Shown: piece by piece, positions 8,865 to 17,574 of the stretch
How positions within the stretch are numbered: the first letter of the stretch is position 1
Layout: each line of letters begins with the position of its first letter
Source of the DNA: a virus
Direction: 5' to 3' (one strand)
Virus record (IMG/VR): IMGVR_UViG_3300020450_000018
Span: 1 to 64,000 of that record
Length of the DNA stretch: 64,000 bases
Position numbers and translations under genes: made by a program
Notes under the pieces: generated by a model
Told to the model about the DNA's origin: nothing
The model's database searches: none
What the model saw: only the letters and a program-made list of their open reading frames with translations

Positions 8865-9014
8865 TCAAATGCTGGTTTCATCATCTATCAAAACTTTGTG
8901 TGCTGTTCCATGACCATCATAGTCACCACTGTCATAATAACCACCCTTTGTGCCAAAGTAAAGTGTCAAAGCTACAAAAGGAAGTGCCGAAAATATCAAA
9001 GCAGTTTCTAACAT
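8865..9014 (-). CDS. ndhP: NDH-1L small subunit NdhP, 49 aa
   Basis: Manual translation MLETALIFSALPFVALTLYFGTKGGYYDSGDYDGHGTAHKVLIDDETSI: a TM helix followed by the FGT(K/R)xG(F/Y)YD..Y.G.G.AH signature of cyanobacterial NdhP; TAATG-coupled to g16. Confidence 0.88.
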   Translation of the reverse strand: MLETALIFSALPFVALTLYFGTKGGYYDSGDYDGHGTAHKVLIDDETSI

Positions 9015-9415
9015 TATCTTTTTCCTCCACCCATTTGTTTAAGCATTTTTTGTAATTCTGATGTAGAACCTACGAACATAGCATTGTTGGTAACTTTACT
9101 AGGACCTTTTTGTTCTTCATCAAGATCCTTCATTTTTTTATGTAGATCTTGGAGTTTTTCAGTCATATCAGCGACGTGTTTCATTGCTGCTACAGCGACT
9201 TCGTATGCTCTAGGGTGACCACTTTCCTGTGCTACCTCTAAGGCACCTTTGACCGCCTCCTGACCCTGATCTATCAATGAGTATAACTCACCACGAGTAT
9301 ACTCGTAGTCCTTTTGTTGATCATCATCTTTTGATTTTACTTTAGGTGCTGGTGGTTTGTCAACATGTTCTACATCAATGTTGAGAAGTTCCTCCATATT
9401 ATCTTCTAGGTTCAT
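9014..9415 (-). CDS. g16: Terminase small subunit gp16
   Basis: DYEYTRGELYSLI...AQESGHPRAYEVA...NNAMFVGSTSELQKML; follows g15. Confidence 0.93.
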   Translation of the reverse strand: MNLEDNMEELLNIDVEHVDKPPAPKVKSKDDDQQKDYEYTRGELYSLIDQGQEAVKGALEVAQESGHPRAYEVAVAAMKHVADMTEKLQDLHKKMKDLDEEQKGPSKVTNNAMFVGSTSELQKMLKQMGGGKR

Positions 9416-10212
9416 AAGAATTCTATCCCTTCATTAAATCCAAAGTCATCACCAGCATCCACTAACACATCATCAGCTGCATCAACCTGACCGTCTTGAT
9501 TGATATCTGTTTTTGCTTTAGGTGTATATGTTCTGGTAATAGTCCTACGATTAATTGCTCTATCACCAAGTGTCTCATGTATGATTGCCTTCTTAATAAC
9601 ATCTGATGTATTGTAAGGACCGTATAGATAAGACTTCATCGTAAAGTTTAGAGTATAGATGATGTATCTACGTTCATAGAAACTATCATCCCATGCATCC
9701 TCATATCCAACGTTATTTAAAACTACTGCAATATCACGTTTTTCATTCATGTCAGGAATCATGTTAAGCGTGATGCTAAATGATGGTTGGAAATATGGTA
9801 GGATTTGTTCCGTAATCTGTAAGGCGTCGTCTTGTGACTTAGCGATTACGCCAAGTTCAAATGACAGATTGTATGGCACTGGCACATACTGCACTCTTAC
9901 CTCACCACCATTACCATCAATAATAGTTTTGTATTTTTGAATTGGAGATGTTTTACGAGTAGCATCATAATCAATACTTGTCATTTCAAAGTACAGACGT
10001 GGTAAAGTAATTGCTACTTTTTTATTAGATGTATTTTCTTCTAGTCTAACAATAAATTTTTGTTTAGGACCGTAAGCTAGAGGAACTTTTAGTTCTTCCA
10101 ATACAGTTCCGTCACTTGGATCCGTACTCTTCATTGTAATATTATTGAAGAGCGTACCAAATGCAACAATGTTCTTACGAACAATTTGATTGTAAAAGTG
10201 TGATCCTAACAT
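9412..10212 (-). CDS. g15: Tail sheath stabilizer / tail terminator gp15
   Basis: FYNQIVRKNIVAFGTLFNNI, VPLAYGPKQKF, LPRL, VPYNLSFEL...DALQITEQILPYFQP. Confidence 0.95.
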   Translation of the reverse strand: MLGSHFYNQIVRKNIVAFGTLFNNITMKSTDPSDGTVLEELKVPLAYGPKQKFIVRLEENTSNKKVAITLPRLYFEMTSIDYDATRKTSPIQKYKTIIDGNGGEVRVQYVPVPYNLSFELGVIAKSQDDALQITEQILPYFQPSFSITLNMIPDMNEKRDIAVVLNNVGYEDAWDDSFYERRYIIYTLNFTMKSYLYGPYNTSDVIKKAIIHETLGDRAINRRTITRTYTPKAKTDINQDGQVDAADDVLVDAGDDFGFNEGIEFL

Positions 10213-11336
10213 TAGATACTACCTGTAAAATTACCAAATTCACCAAATGGATTACCCTCAGTCCAATCCACTATGTTATCAGCATCATCTTCAATCTCTC
10301 TATTCTGATCGTAGCTGCTGTTGACATTATTTAGAGTGTCAAATGTCTCAGGACTCCATTGAGCACCAGAGGTCAATCCAGTAATGACCTCAGCAGTGGT
10401 AAAGGTTCCTGTCCTGTTGATGACTTGGAGCGATCTAGTTGCACTATCCCAAGACTTGACTTCTGCTCTATTGTCCTTAGGTGAATAATCAATGGTGACA
10501 GTAGGAGCAGATGTGTAACCTGTCCCACCAGCAGTAATAGTAATCCCGTTAACGATACCTGTGCTGCTAACCGTCGCAGTTGCTGTTGCTCCACTTCCTC
10601 CACCTCCTGTAATAGTAACTGTTGGTGGTGTGGCAACTTTATAGTGAGCACCACCGTCTGTAACTGTAACACTTGTAACAGCATCTCCTGTTATAGTAGA
10701 TGTTGCTTTTGCTAGGAACTCATCACCAACAACTTCCTCACCTACGGTAAAGTCTCCAGAACCGCCAGGATCCATGACTAATTTGATTGCATTGTCAAAC
10801 AATCTCTCTACTGAATCAATTGTCTCAACACCAGTGTCAAAGTCATCTTGACCAACCTCATAGATCTCAGCAGTGATAGCATAAAACTGGATCTTACCAA
10901 ACTGGAAGAATGGTTCTTCCTTACCTACAAATTTAATTTCATATATATCTTCTGTTAATGGAAAGTATAGTAAGTCTCCCTCATTAGGTCTTTCTGGCAC
11001 AGTCAAGGTAGGATTATGTTCTGTTACCTCTTCTGTCCATCGTCTTGTAGAGACACGGAATATAATTTCGTCCGTAATTCTTAATCCAAACTTTGAGATA
11101 AACTCAGCATTGTCACCAAAACCCATGACGTTCTGTAGTATCATCTCTATCTGAAATTGTTCCTGATACTTAGAGTATCTAACTTCATCCAAAGTGCTAT
11201 CCTGCAGGACTATTCTAGGGATATAGTAAATGTCTGAACCAAACAGTTTGATTTGCTCATCCACAAGATCCTGAACGAGATTCTGTTCGCCACTGTGACC
11301 TGAGTAATAAGTTGGAAAATAGGGACTTGTAGGCAT
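10212..11336 (-). CDS. g14: Neck / head completion protein gp14
   Basis: EQNLVQDLVDEQIKLFG, SKFGL, RPNEGDLLYFP, PFFQFGK and C-terminal NPFG. Confidence 0.94.
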   Translation of the reverse strand: MPTSPYFPTYYSGHSGEQNLVQDLVDEQIKLFGSDIYYIPRIVLQDSTLDEVRYSKYQEQFQIEMILQNVMGFGDNAEFISKFGLRITDEIIFRVSTRRWTEEVTEHNPTLTVPERPNEGDLLYFPLTEDIYEIKFVGKEEPFFQFGKIQFYAITAEIYEVGQDDFDTGVETIDSVERLFDNAIKLVMDPGGSGDFTVGEEVVGDEFLAKATSTITGDAVTSVTVTDGGAHYKVATPPTVTITGGGGSGATATATVSSTGIVNGITITAGGTGYTSAPTVTIDYSPKDNRAEVKSWDSATRSLQVINRTGTFTTAEVITGLTSGAQWSPETFDTLNNVNSSYDQNREIEDDADNIVDWTEGNPFGEFGNFTGSI

Positions 11337-11483
11337 TTATTTTGTGGGTGTAATTTGACGACAGATTAAATATGGATTAACCATTTTACATTGCAGTGCC
11401 TTATCTGCTCTAATTGAAATAATTATAATAAAAAGTTGTACAATTATAGTTATTGGTATAACGTACTTAAATAATTTTTTCAT
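11337..11483 (-). CDS. Small signal-anchored protein, 48 aa, inserted between g13 and g14
   Basis: Manual translation MKKLFKYVIPITIIVQLFIIIISIRADKALQCKMVNPYLICRQITPTK; TAATG overlap with the g13 stop, and its stop abuts the g14 ATG. Confidence 0.7.
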   Translation of the reverse strand: MKKLFKYVIPITIIVQLFIIIISIRADKALQCKMVNPYLICRQITPTK

Positions 11484-12307
11484 TATCCTATCATATCCAT
11501 TGGTGGTATTGCGTACTTGCTAAGAACCTCAGATTCAATTTTCTCAATTTCTGCAAGTGCGTCTGTGTAGATTTCTCTACCGTTAAGTGTAACTCCGCCA
11601 GGTAACTGAACATTGTTATACTTAATTAAATTCATACCCCACTGTCTCTTCATGAGAGATGTGGCATATTTTTTAACAAAAACATCATTGTTCATCTGTA
11701 CAGCTTCCGTAGGATCTATAAAACGATGACATTCAATAAGAATGTTAGTTCCTTCTTTAAGAAAATCTTTGTCAATATCCAAGTACAGACGATCATTACG
11801 TGCTGTAAATCTAAACTGCTGGAAAGATCCATTGTTTAGAACCATATCTAGAGTTTCTAGATACTGTTTAGTCATGTAGTAGTTGAGGATATCAAGTGAT
11901 CCAAATGCATATAAGTCATTTAAGAACAACTGATACTCAACACCGAAGAGATTAGAACGAATTGAGTTACTAACAAGACCAAATACTTTAGAAATACCAA
12001 CTACATGATCAGGAATCGGAATAAAATTTGTTGCCTCTAACCAAGTTCCAGTAGCATTTGGTGTGACATTAGTATCGGTAATTGTTTTAGTAGTTGTTGC
12101 TGCAAAACGAGTTTTATCATCTGCAGTAATTTCATGGTACAAATATGCACGCTCCATGCCATTGTAACAATTCTCTTGGAAGAACTGAAACGTGTCGTCT
12201 ATTACGTTGTTGACCTGTTCATCATCTATGTTAACTTGCAACACAGGTTCGCCAAGTTGCCTCTTACAATATGTGATGAGCTCAGCTCTAGAACTTGGAG
12301 ATGCCAT
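11483..12307 (-). CDS. g13: Neck protein gp13
   Basis: YCKRQLGEPVLQVNID...KRQWGMNLIKYNNVQLPGGVTLNG; start likely ATG 12307. Confidence 0.95.
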   Translation of the reverse strand: MASPSSRAELITYCKRQLGEPVLQVNIDDEQVNNVIDDTFQFFQENCYNGMERAYLYHEITADDKTRFAATTTKTITDTNVTPNATGTWLEATNFIPIPDHVVGISKVFGLVSNSIRSNLFGVEYQLFLNDLYAFGSLDILNYYMTKQYLETLDMVLNNGSFQQFRFTARNDRLYLDIDKDFLKEGTNILIECHRFIDPTEAVQMNNDVFVKKYATSLMKRQWGMNLIKYNNVQLPGGVTLNGREIYTDALAEIEKIESEVLSKYAIPPMDMIG

Positions 12308-12314
12308 TATACAC

Positions 12315-12349
12315 AAAAAATCCCTTCTTACCTATTTAGGAAGAAGGGA
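12315..12349 (-). terminator. Rho-independent terminator hairpin with an embedded late promoter (CTAAATA 12333-12339)
   Basis: TCCCTTCTT/AAGAAGGGA stem plus CCTA/TAGG inner stem, with a T6 tail on the minus strand. Confidence 0.7.
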
Positions 12350-12357
12350 TCTGGTAT

Positions 12358-12555
12358 TTATTCAGATGGGGTTTCTGTTTCTGGTGGGGAAGTTTCTTCT
12401 GGTTTTTCTTCTAGAAGTTTCAAAGTTTCTAAACCACCCTCTAGTTTAATTTTATATTCTTTTGCTTTGACTAGGTTTTCCTCTAGTTCTCCAATTTGCT
12501 TTACTGTAGTAGCAATTTGGTCTTCAAAATTTTTCTTAAGTTGTGTTGGATCCAT
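12358..12555 (-). CDS. Small coiled-coil hypothetical protein
   Basis: Heptad-rich LKKNFEDQI...KIKLEGGLETL; positioned just upstream of g13. Confidence 0.75.
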   Translation of the reverse strand: MDPTQLKKNFEDQIATTVKQIGELEENLVKAKEYKIKLEGGLETLKLLEEKPEETSPPETETPSE

Positions 12556-12564
12556 AGTAATTAA

Positions 12565-13131
12565 TTATCTAAGTTGGTCATATGCATGTTGGACATAGTA
12601 TCCATCTGCTCTAACAAAATGAAAGAATGCTTGATGGAAACAAGAATCGGCGTTACCCTTCATTGGTTCTCGCCAATGATAGAGGTCACAACCACGATAT
12701 AGCACACCATCGCCAGGATTGCAAGTAATGCTTACTCTATCGCCTGCCTCGTTCTCAAAATATATAGGCCATTCGTAATTGAGGTTACTTGAGATATGAT
12801 AACTAACACTTATTTCACAAGCACCTCTATCAATATGTCTTTCTAATTGATTACCTTTAAAGTAGAACCGATCAAAATAATAAGATGGATATATTCTTTC
12901 ACCCATCATCTTTTCTAAGATGTCTCTAATTTTTAGATGTAACTCTTTCATTGATGGATGATTATATCTAGAGTAACTTCCTCCTACCTGTATCTCATCA
13001 CGAAAGGTTACATTGCCAGGCGCATTGTATTCATATGTTCCTCTCTCCCATGGAGTAGGAATGATAAATTCATCTGGAGGATGTATGTCTTTAATCTTTG
13101 TGACTTGCCAGTCTTTAGGTAACTTATTCAT
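12565..13131 (-). CDS. Fe(II)/2OG oxygenase-fold protein (HxD...H)
   Basis: ERHIDRGACEISVS, GDGVLYRG..LYHWRE, QAFFHFV; start is likely 13131 (ATGA overlap) or 13137. Confidence 0.78.
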   Translation of the reverse strand: MNKLPKDWQVTKIKDIHPPDEFIIPTPWERGTYEYNAPGNVTFRDEIQVGGSYSRYNHPSMKELHLKIRDILEKMMGERIYPSYYFDRFYFKGNQLERHIDRGACEISVSYHISSNLNYEWPIYFENEAGDRVSITCNPGDGVLYRGCDLYHWREPMKGNADSCFHQAFFHFVRADGYYVQHAYDQLR

Positions 13132-13742
13132 TTCCATCGCGGACCGCTCACCCAACCTACTAATGATTTTCTTAATCCAGAGTGAACCTCACAAGCTTGA
13201 TGCATCACTCTACTATCAAAAACAATTATAGTTCCTCTTTCTTTTGGTATAAAATATGAATTACCAGTATCCCTTTTAAATTCTACCTCTCCTCCAGAAT
13301 ATTCATCAGGATTAGATAGTTGCATAATAAAACTAAGTTTTCTCACCTTTTCAGAACCCTTCATTATAAAATTTTCTCGGTGGTCTATAAGGTTACCTTC
13401 ATTTTTAGGTGGCATTCCCATAGAATTTAAACTAGTATCCATGTGCCATCCATAATATTCACCACCCTCATATGATGTATATTGCATGGTTTCTCCATCC
13501 CAACCATCAATATCATATAAGAAATTTTCCCTATTTGCAAGCAAGACATAATGAAAACAAAGACCTGCAACCCAATGAGATGAACTAATCCAAGTAGTTT
13601 TACTATCTCTTTTTCTTAGATCAACACCACCTTGTGTATATGCTGTGTTTAAATTGGAATCAAATTGTTGTAAATCTTTCTCTACCGATGTAATCAACTC
13701 AGGTGGCATTTGTGTAAAATACCACAAACTATCCATTGACAT
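13128..13742 (-). CDS. Fe(II)/2OG oxygenase, prolyl-hydroxylase/PKHD-like
   Basis: QYTSY...YGWHMD, RKLSFIMQLS...YSGGE, IVFDSRVMHQ, GLRKSLVGWVSGP. Confidence 0.9.
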   Translation of the reverse strand: MSMDSLWYFTQMPPELITSVEKDLQQFDSNLNTAYTQGGVDLRKRDSKTTWISSSHWVAGLCFHYVLLANRENFLYDIDGWDGETMQYTSYEGGEYYGWHMDTSLNSMGMPPKNEGNLIDHRENFIMKGSEKVRKLSFIMQLSNPDEYSGGEVEFKRDTGNSYFIPKERGTIIVFDSRVMHQACEVHSGLRKSLVGWVSGPRWK

Positions 13743-13795
13743 AATACAATTTTCATACTAATATATACTATGTATACTAGCATATAAAATTGATT

Positions 13796-14149
13796 ATGGC
13801 AATTACTGGTAAACTTGATGGTGAAGATTATACACTCGTAGCATCTGCAGGACAAACAACGGAAGCAGATATTGTTGTCGCAAATGACATCATTAGAATG
13901 TGTGAAGAACGAGGATTACAAGAACTTGTCTCAGCAATTAAAGTTCGCTATGGAATGGAAGAAGTAAAACATTATCCTTTGGATGGAAACCGTTTTGTAG
14001 AAGCATGTAAGGCATGTAACATTGCTGGCAATGTTCAAGGACATATTCATAGTGGAGATGAGGGTGCTGTAAGATATCCTATTATTGCTGTTGTTGAAGA
14101 CATCAGAAAATTTGAAGCACTATATGATTACATCAAAAATGATGCATAA
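13796..14149 (+). CDS. Hypothetical protein, first gene of the plus-strand oxygenase operon
   Basis: ORF of about 117 aa with CKAC and GHIH; no family recognised. Confidence 0.75.
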   Translation: MAITGKLDGEDYTLVASAGQTTEADIVVANDIIRMCEERGLQELVSAIKVRYGMEEVKHYPLDGNRFVEACKACNIAGNVQGHIHSGDEGAVRYPIIAVVEDIRKFEALYDYIKNDA

Positions 14150-14744
14150 GGAACTAGCTTTTCCTACTCCCATCTACGTATTTGATTATGGTAATAGTTC
14201 TATTCTAGAATCTCCTCTTAATCATGTATTGAGATGTGATTCTATCTCATCAGAAACTTGTAGAACCACTGACGATAATCTAAATATTTTACCAATTTTT
14301 TCTGAACTTGTAAACGATTTAAAATTAAAAACAAAAATAGTTTTTGATGACATCAAGTTAAAATGTTCTGGAGAAAATATAACTTGCATGTGGGCAAATG
14401 TATCTTCTAAATTGAATAGACATAACATGCATCTACATCCAAATTCATTTTTTTCTGGAGTATTATATTTGAATGCTCCTAAAAATTGTGGTAACGTAGG
14501 GTTTAAAGATCCTAGATACGGATCAGAACTTTTAGCATTTGACTTTGAGGATGGTTCTATCTTCCAACATAGAACGATTGAAATAGAACCAATAACAGGA
14601 AGACTTATAATGTTCCCTAGCTGGTTATATCATGGCACTAGACAAGGAGAATTTGATCCACCAGAGGAGAGAGTATCTTTGAGTTTTAATGTTATGCCAA
14701 TTGCTAACATAAGAGATCATACTAGAAAACTAAATTTATTATGA
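14139..14744 (+). CDS. Putative Fe(II)/2OG oxygenase, TIGR02466-like (HxH...H)
   Basis: FPTPIY, MWANV, HLHPNSFFSGVLY, FKDPR, MFPSWLYHG, RVSLSFN; start likely 14139/14142. Confidence 0.88.
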   Translation: MMHKELAFPTPIYVFDYGNSSILESPLNHVLRCDSISSETCRTTDDNLNILPIFSELVNDLKLKTKIVFDDIKLKCSGENITCMWANVSSKLNRHNMHLHPNSFFSGVLYLNAPKNCGNVGFKDPRYGSELLAFDFEDGSIFQHRTIEIEPITGRLIMFPSWLYHGTRQGEFDPPEERVSLSFNVMPIANIRDHTRKLNLL

Positions 14745-15304
14745 TATGTCAAGTTATAGATGGAATGTTTGACTCTAGATTTCTCACAGAACTAGATTAC
14801 AAACTTAGAGATTTACCAGTTCACACAAACAATGTGGCAAATAGATCATCTTGGCCATATCGTTATGAAGGCACTCACAGACTATTTGGAAAAACTATCT
14901 TTAGTAGAAAATCTATCAATAGAATCACAACCTTAGATGAAAACGCTAATGTTTTCTTTGATATTTTTGAAGAGATAGAAAAGAGATTTGATAAAAAATT
15001 ATATTTGTATGAGATAGCTATAAATTGCCAACACACAGGATGCAATGGTAGTACACATATAGATAGTGAAACTGAAGGAGAATATACTGTCATGCTGATG
15101 ACAAATTCTCATTGGGATCCTTCTTGGGGAGGACAGTTTCAATTAACTAAAGGTAATGAGGTTGTTGAGGAACATGAATATGTGCCAGGAAGACTTCTTA
15201 TAATTCCATCTAATCATGAACATAAAGGTCTAGGACCTACAAAAGAATATGTGTATAGATACACGGTGGTTTATAGAATTAGATATTTGGAGGAAATTTT
15301 GTGA
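14741..15304 (+). CDS. Fe(II)/2OG oxygenase (HxD...H)
   Basis: THID, WDPSWGG, PGRLLIIPSNHEHKG, RYTVVY. Confidence 0.85.
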   Translation: MICQVIDGMFDSRFLTELDYKLRDLPVHTNNVANRSSWPYRYEGTHRLFGKTIFSRKSINRITTLDENANVFFDIFEEIEKRFDKKLYLYEIAINCQHTGCNGSTHIDSETEGEYTVMLMTNSHWDPSWGGQFQLTKGNEVVEEHEYVPGRLLIIPSNHEHKGLGPTKEYVYRYTVVYRIRYLEEIL

Positions 15305-15849
15305 TTAGTTTATTCTCTACTAAAATTGTTTACGTTGATAACTGCAATCTTAATTTAGAAAATTTAGAACGCAAGTGTAGAAATCACATGGTAACAGAAC
15401 CATCAAGCACGAGGTCTAATGTTGGAGGATATCAAGGACACTTCTTTGACGATAACGAATTATATAAGTTAATTGAAAGAAGCATTCCAAGTGTTCAAGA
15501 TAAACCTATTAAAAAATATAAGTATGGAGCTTGGGTAAATGTAAATGGATTTGGATCATATAATGAAAGACATCACCATGATCCACATTCAGGAACTTTT
15601 ATGAGTGGAGTTTTTTATGTGAAGTGTCCAGAAGGATCTGGTAGAATTAGATTCTATGATCCAAGACCACATATCAGCACTAGTGCTGATATGAAATATT
15701 ATAATGGTGGAGACACTTATCATTGGTTTCCTCCTATTCCAAACACATTAATTATGTTTCCTGGTTGGTTGGAACATGATGTAGAAATTAATAGATCACA
15801 AGAAGAAAGAATATCAATCTCTTTCAATATATTTGATGTAGAATATTAA
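15301..15849 (+). CDS. Putative Fe(II)/2OG oxygenase, TIGR02466-like
   Basis: SNVGGYQ, AWVNVN, RHHH, SGVFYV, FYDPR, MFPGWLEHDV, RISISFN. Confidence 0.88.
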   Translation: MISLFSTKIVYVDNCNLNLENLERKCRNHMVTEPSSTRSNVGGYQGHFFDDNELYKLIERSIPSVQDKPIKKYKYGAWVNVNGFGSYNERHHHDPHSGTFMSGVFYVKCPEGSGRIRFYDPRPHISTSADMKYYNGGDTYHWFPPIPNTLIMFPGWLEHDVEINRSQEERISISFNIFDVEY

Positions 15850-15851
15850 TT

Positions 15852-16409
15852 ATGGATACGTTGTATCAAGGATCTATGTTTCAAATTCCTTTTCTACATT
15901 TAAAGGTAAGGGATTGGATTACAAAAAAAGCATATCTTATAGATTCTGTTTCTAAAAACAAAGTGTTTGCAATGAATAATCCTCTACATGCACACACAGA
16001 TTTTCATAGTCAAAATGATCAAGAAATACACAACATCAAATCTGAGGATGTAGAGACATTATTCAAAGATGAGTTGAGTAGTCTTTTTAATTTTATTGGA
16101 ACCAATAAAGGAGAGGTAACAAATTCTTGGTTTGAGTTTGCTCAAGCTAATCAATTTCATAATGTTCATAACCACGGACCTACTGGATACAGTTGTGTTT
16201 GTTTTGTGGAGTATAATAAAGAACACCACACACCAACAAATTTTATTTGTCCATATAATGATGTTATGACTGGAGACATGATTCATTTTTCTCCAAAAAA
16301 TATTAAAGAGGGATCTATCATTTTCTTTCCTTCTTTAATACCACATTTTACAGATCCAAATGTAAGTGGAGTTCCTAGAATTATTTTTTCTTTTAATATT
16401 AGGTGGTAA
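15852..16409 (+). CDS. Putative Fe(II)/2OG oxygenase (HxH...H)
   Basis: SWFE...HNVHNHG, EGSIIFFPSLIPHFT, RIIFSFN. Confidence 0.85.
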   Translation: MDTLYQGSMFQIPFLHLKVRDWITKKAYLIDSVSKNKVFAMNNPLHAHTDFHSQNDQEIHNIKSEDVETLFKDELSSLFNFIGTNKGEVTNSWFEFAQANQFHNVHNHGPTGYSCVCFVEYNKEHHTPTNFICPYNDVMTGDMIHFSPKNIKEGSIIFFPSLIPHFTDPNVSGVPRIIFSFNIRW

Positions 16410-17005
16410 TGTACTATAAAGTAATTGACGATGTAATCTCTAAAGATTATCAAAAATATATTCAGAGTGTAATATATGATATGATGTGGGCATATAAACA
16501 TACTCTATCTGCAAACACACCTTTAGGAGAGGAAGAAAATTTTGTTGATGTACCTGGTTTTTCTAAAGTTTTTTACAATCAGGAGGGAGTTCAAAACCAA
16601 TTGCTTTATAATACAGCAATGCCTTTAGCTCATATTTGTTGCTCAAAAATCAATGTTGAAATAGAAACTATATACTATGGAAGAAGTTTTCTGCAGGTTC
16701 CACTGCAAGATAAATCAGGTATCAGCAATCCACATATAGATATCACAAACTTTAATCATTTAGTTTGTCTATATTATGTTTTTGATTCTGATGGAGATAC
16801 TGTATTTTTTGATAAACGATCCGATAGTGAGGAAAGACCTTCTTTTAAAGATTATAAAATCATTGATAGAGTGACCCCAAAACAAGGAAGAGTTGTATTG
16901 TTTGATGGACGACAATACCACGCAAATTGTCTTCCAAGAAAATCTGATGTCCGTTCAGTAATAAACATGAATTTGGGAGCGAATTACACAAATGTATTAC
17001 AATGA
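16409..17005 (+). CDS. Fe(II)/2OG oxygenase (HxD...H)
   Basis: NPHID, LYYVFDSDGDT, PKQGRVVLFDGRQYHA, RSVINMN; start ATG 16409 (TAATG). Confidence 0.87.
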   Translation: MYYKVIDDVISKDYQKYIQSVIYDMMWAYKHTLSANTPLGEEENFVDVPGFSKVFYNQEGVQNQLLYNTAMPLAHICCSKINVEIETIYYGRSFLQVPLQDKSGISNPHIDITNFNHLVCLYYVFDSDGDTVFFDKRSDSEERPSFKDYKIIDRVTPKQGRVVLFDGRQYHANCLPRKSDVRSVINMNLGANYTNVLQ

Positions 17006-17573
17006 AGTTAATTTTTTAACAGACGAAGAAAAATCTAAAATTGATTCTGAAATCATGGGAAATAATTTTCCATGGTATTATCAAAATTATTCTACCTCAG
17101 ATAAATTTCCATTTTATTCTCATGTAGTAATTCCTAGATGTGAAGATGATGAAATTAATAATTCTAATTCTACAATGTATGATTTTTTTCTAAACATAGT
17201 TGATAGATTTAGAGAAAAAAATAACATGGAAAAAACTCCATTACTTAGAGCTTGTTTAAATTCAAGCAGTGGTTTTGATGATTATCCTCATAGTGATATT
17301 CATGTAGACCATCATTTTGGACATAAAACATTTATAATTTATCTTAATGATGATTTTGATGGTGGTGACACCATTTTGTTTAGTAGATACTGGGTTGAAG
17401 GTCTACAAACAAATTATAAACTTGAGTCTTATAACAAAGAAGAGTTCCCAGAATTAACTAGAATTACTCCAGAAAAACATAAAGTTGTTTGTTTTGATGG
17501 TAGAATTTTTCATGCAACAGAGTGGACTAAAAATAATAAAAGAAGAGTAATTTTTATTGCAACTTTTAAATAA
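16992..17573 (+). CDS. Fe(II)/2OG oxygenase (HxD...H)
   Basis: FPWYY, IHVD, IIYLNDDFDGGDT, CFDGRIFHA, RRVIFI. Confidence 0.87.
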   Translation: MYYNEVNFLTDEEKSKIDSEIMGNNFPWYYQNYSTSDKFPFYSHVVIPRCEDDEINNSNSTMYDFFLNIVDRFREKNNMEKTPLLRACLNSSSGFDDYPHSDIHVDHHFGHKTFIIYLNDDFDGGDTILFSRYWVEGLQTNYKLESYNKEEFPELTRITPEKHKVVCFDGRIFHATEWTKNNKRRVIFIATFK

Positions 17574-17574
17574 T

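Noticed and set aside
8780-9055. Plus-strand His-rich 91-aa ORF (FHDHHSHHCHNNH)
   Set aside because: It is the antisense shadow of ndhP and the g16 end; the His run arises from reverse-complemented Asp/Gly/Tyr codons.
12134-12598. 154-aa plus-strand ORF spanning the g13 start
   Set aside because: Antisense to g13, the terminator/promoter and the coiled-coil gene; no recognisable motif.
13736-13780. Sigma70 promoter for the plus-strand operon (TTGACA at 13736)
   Set aside because: The nearest TATACT boxes are not at 16-18 nt spacing, so it cannot be supported.
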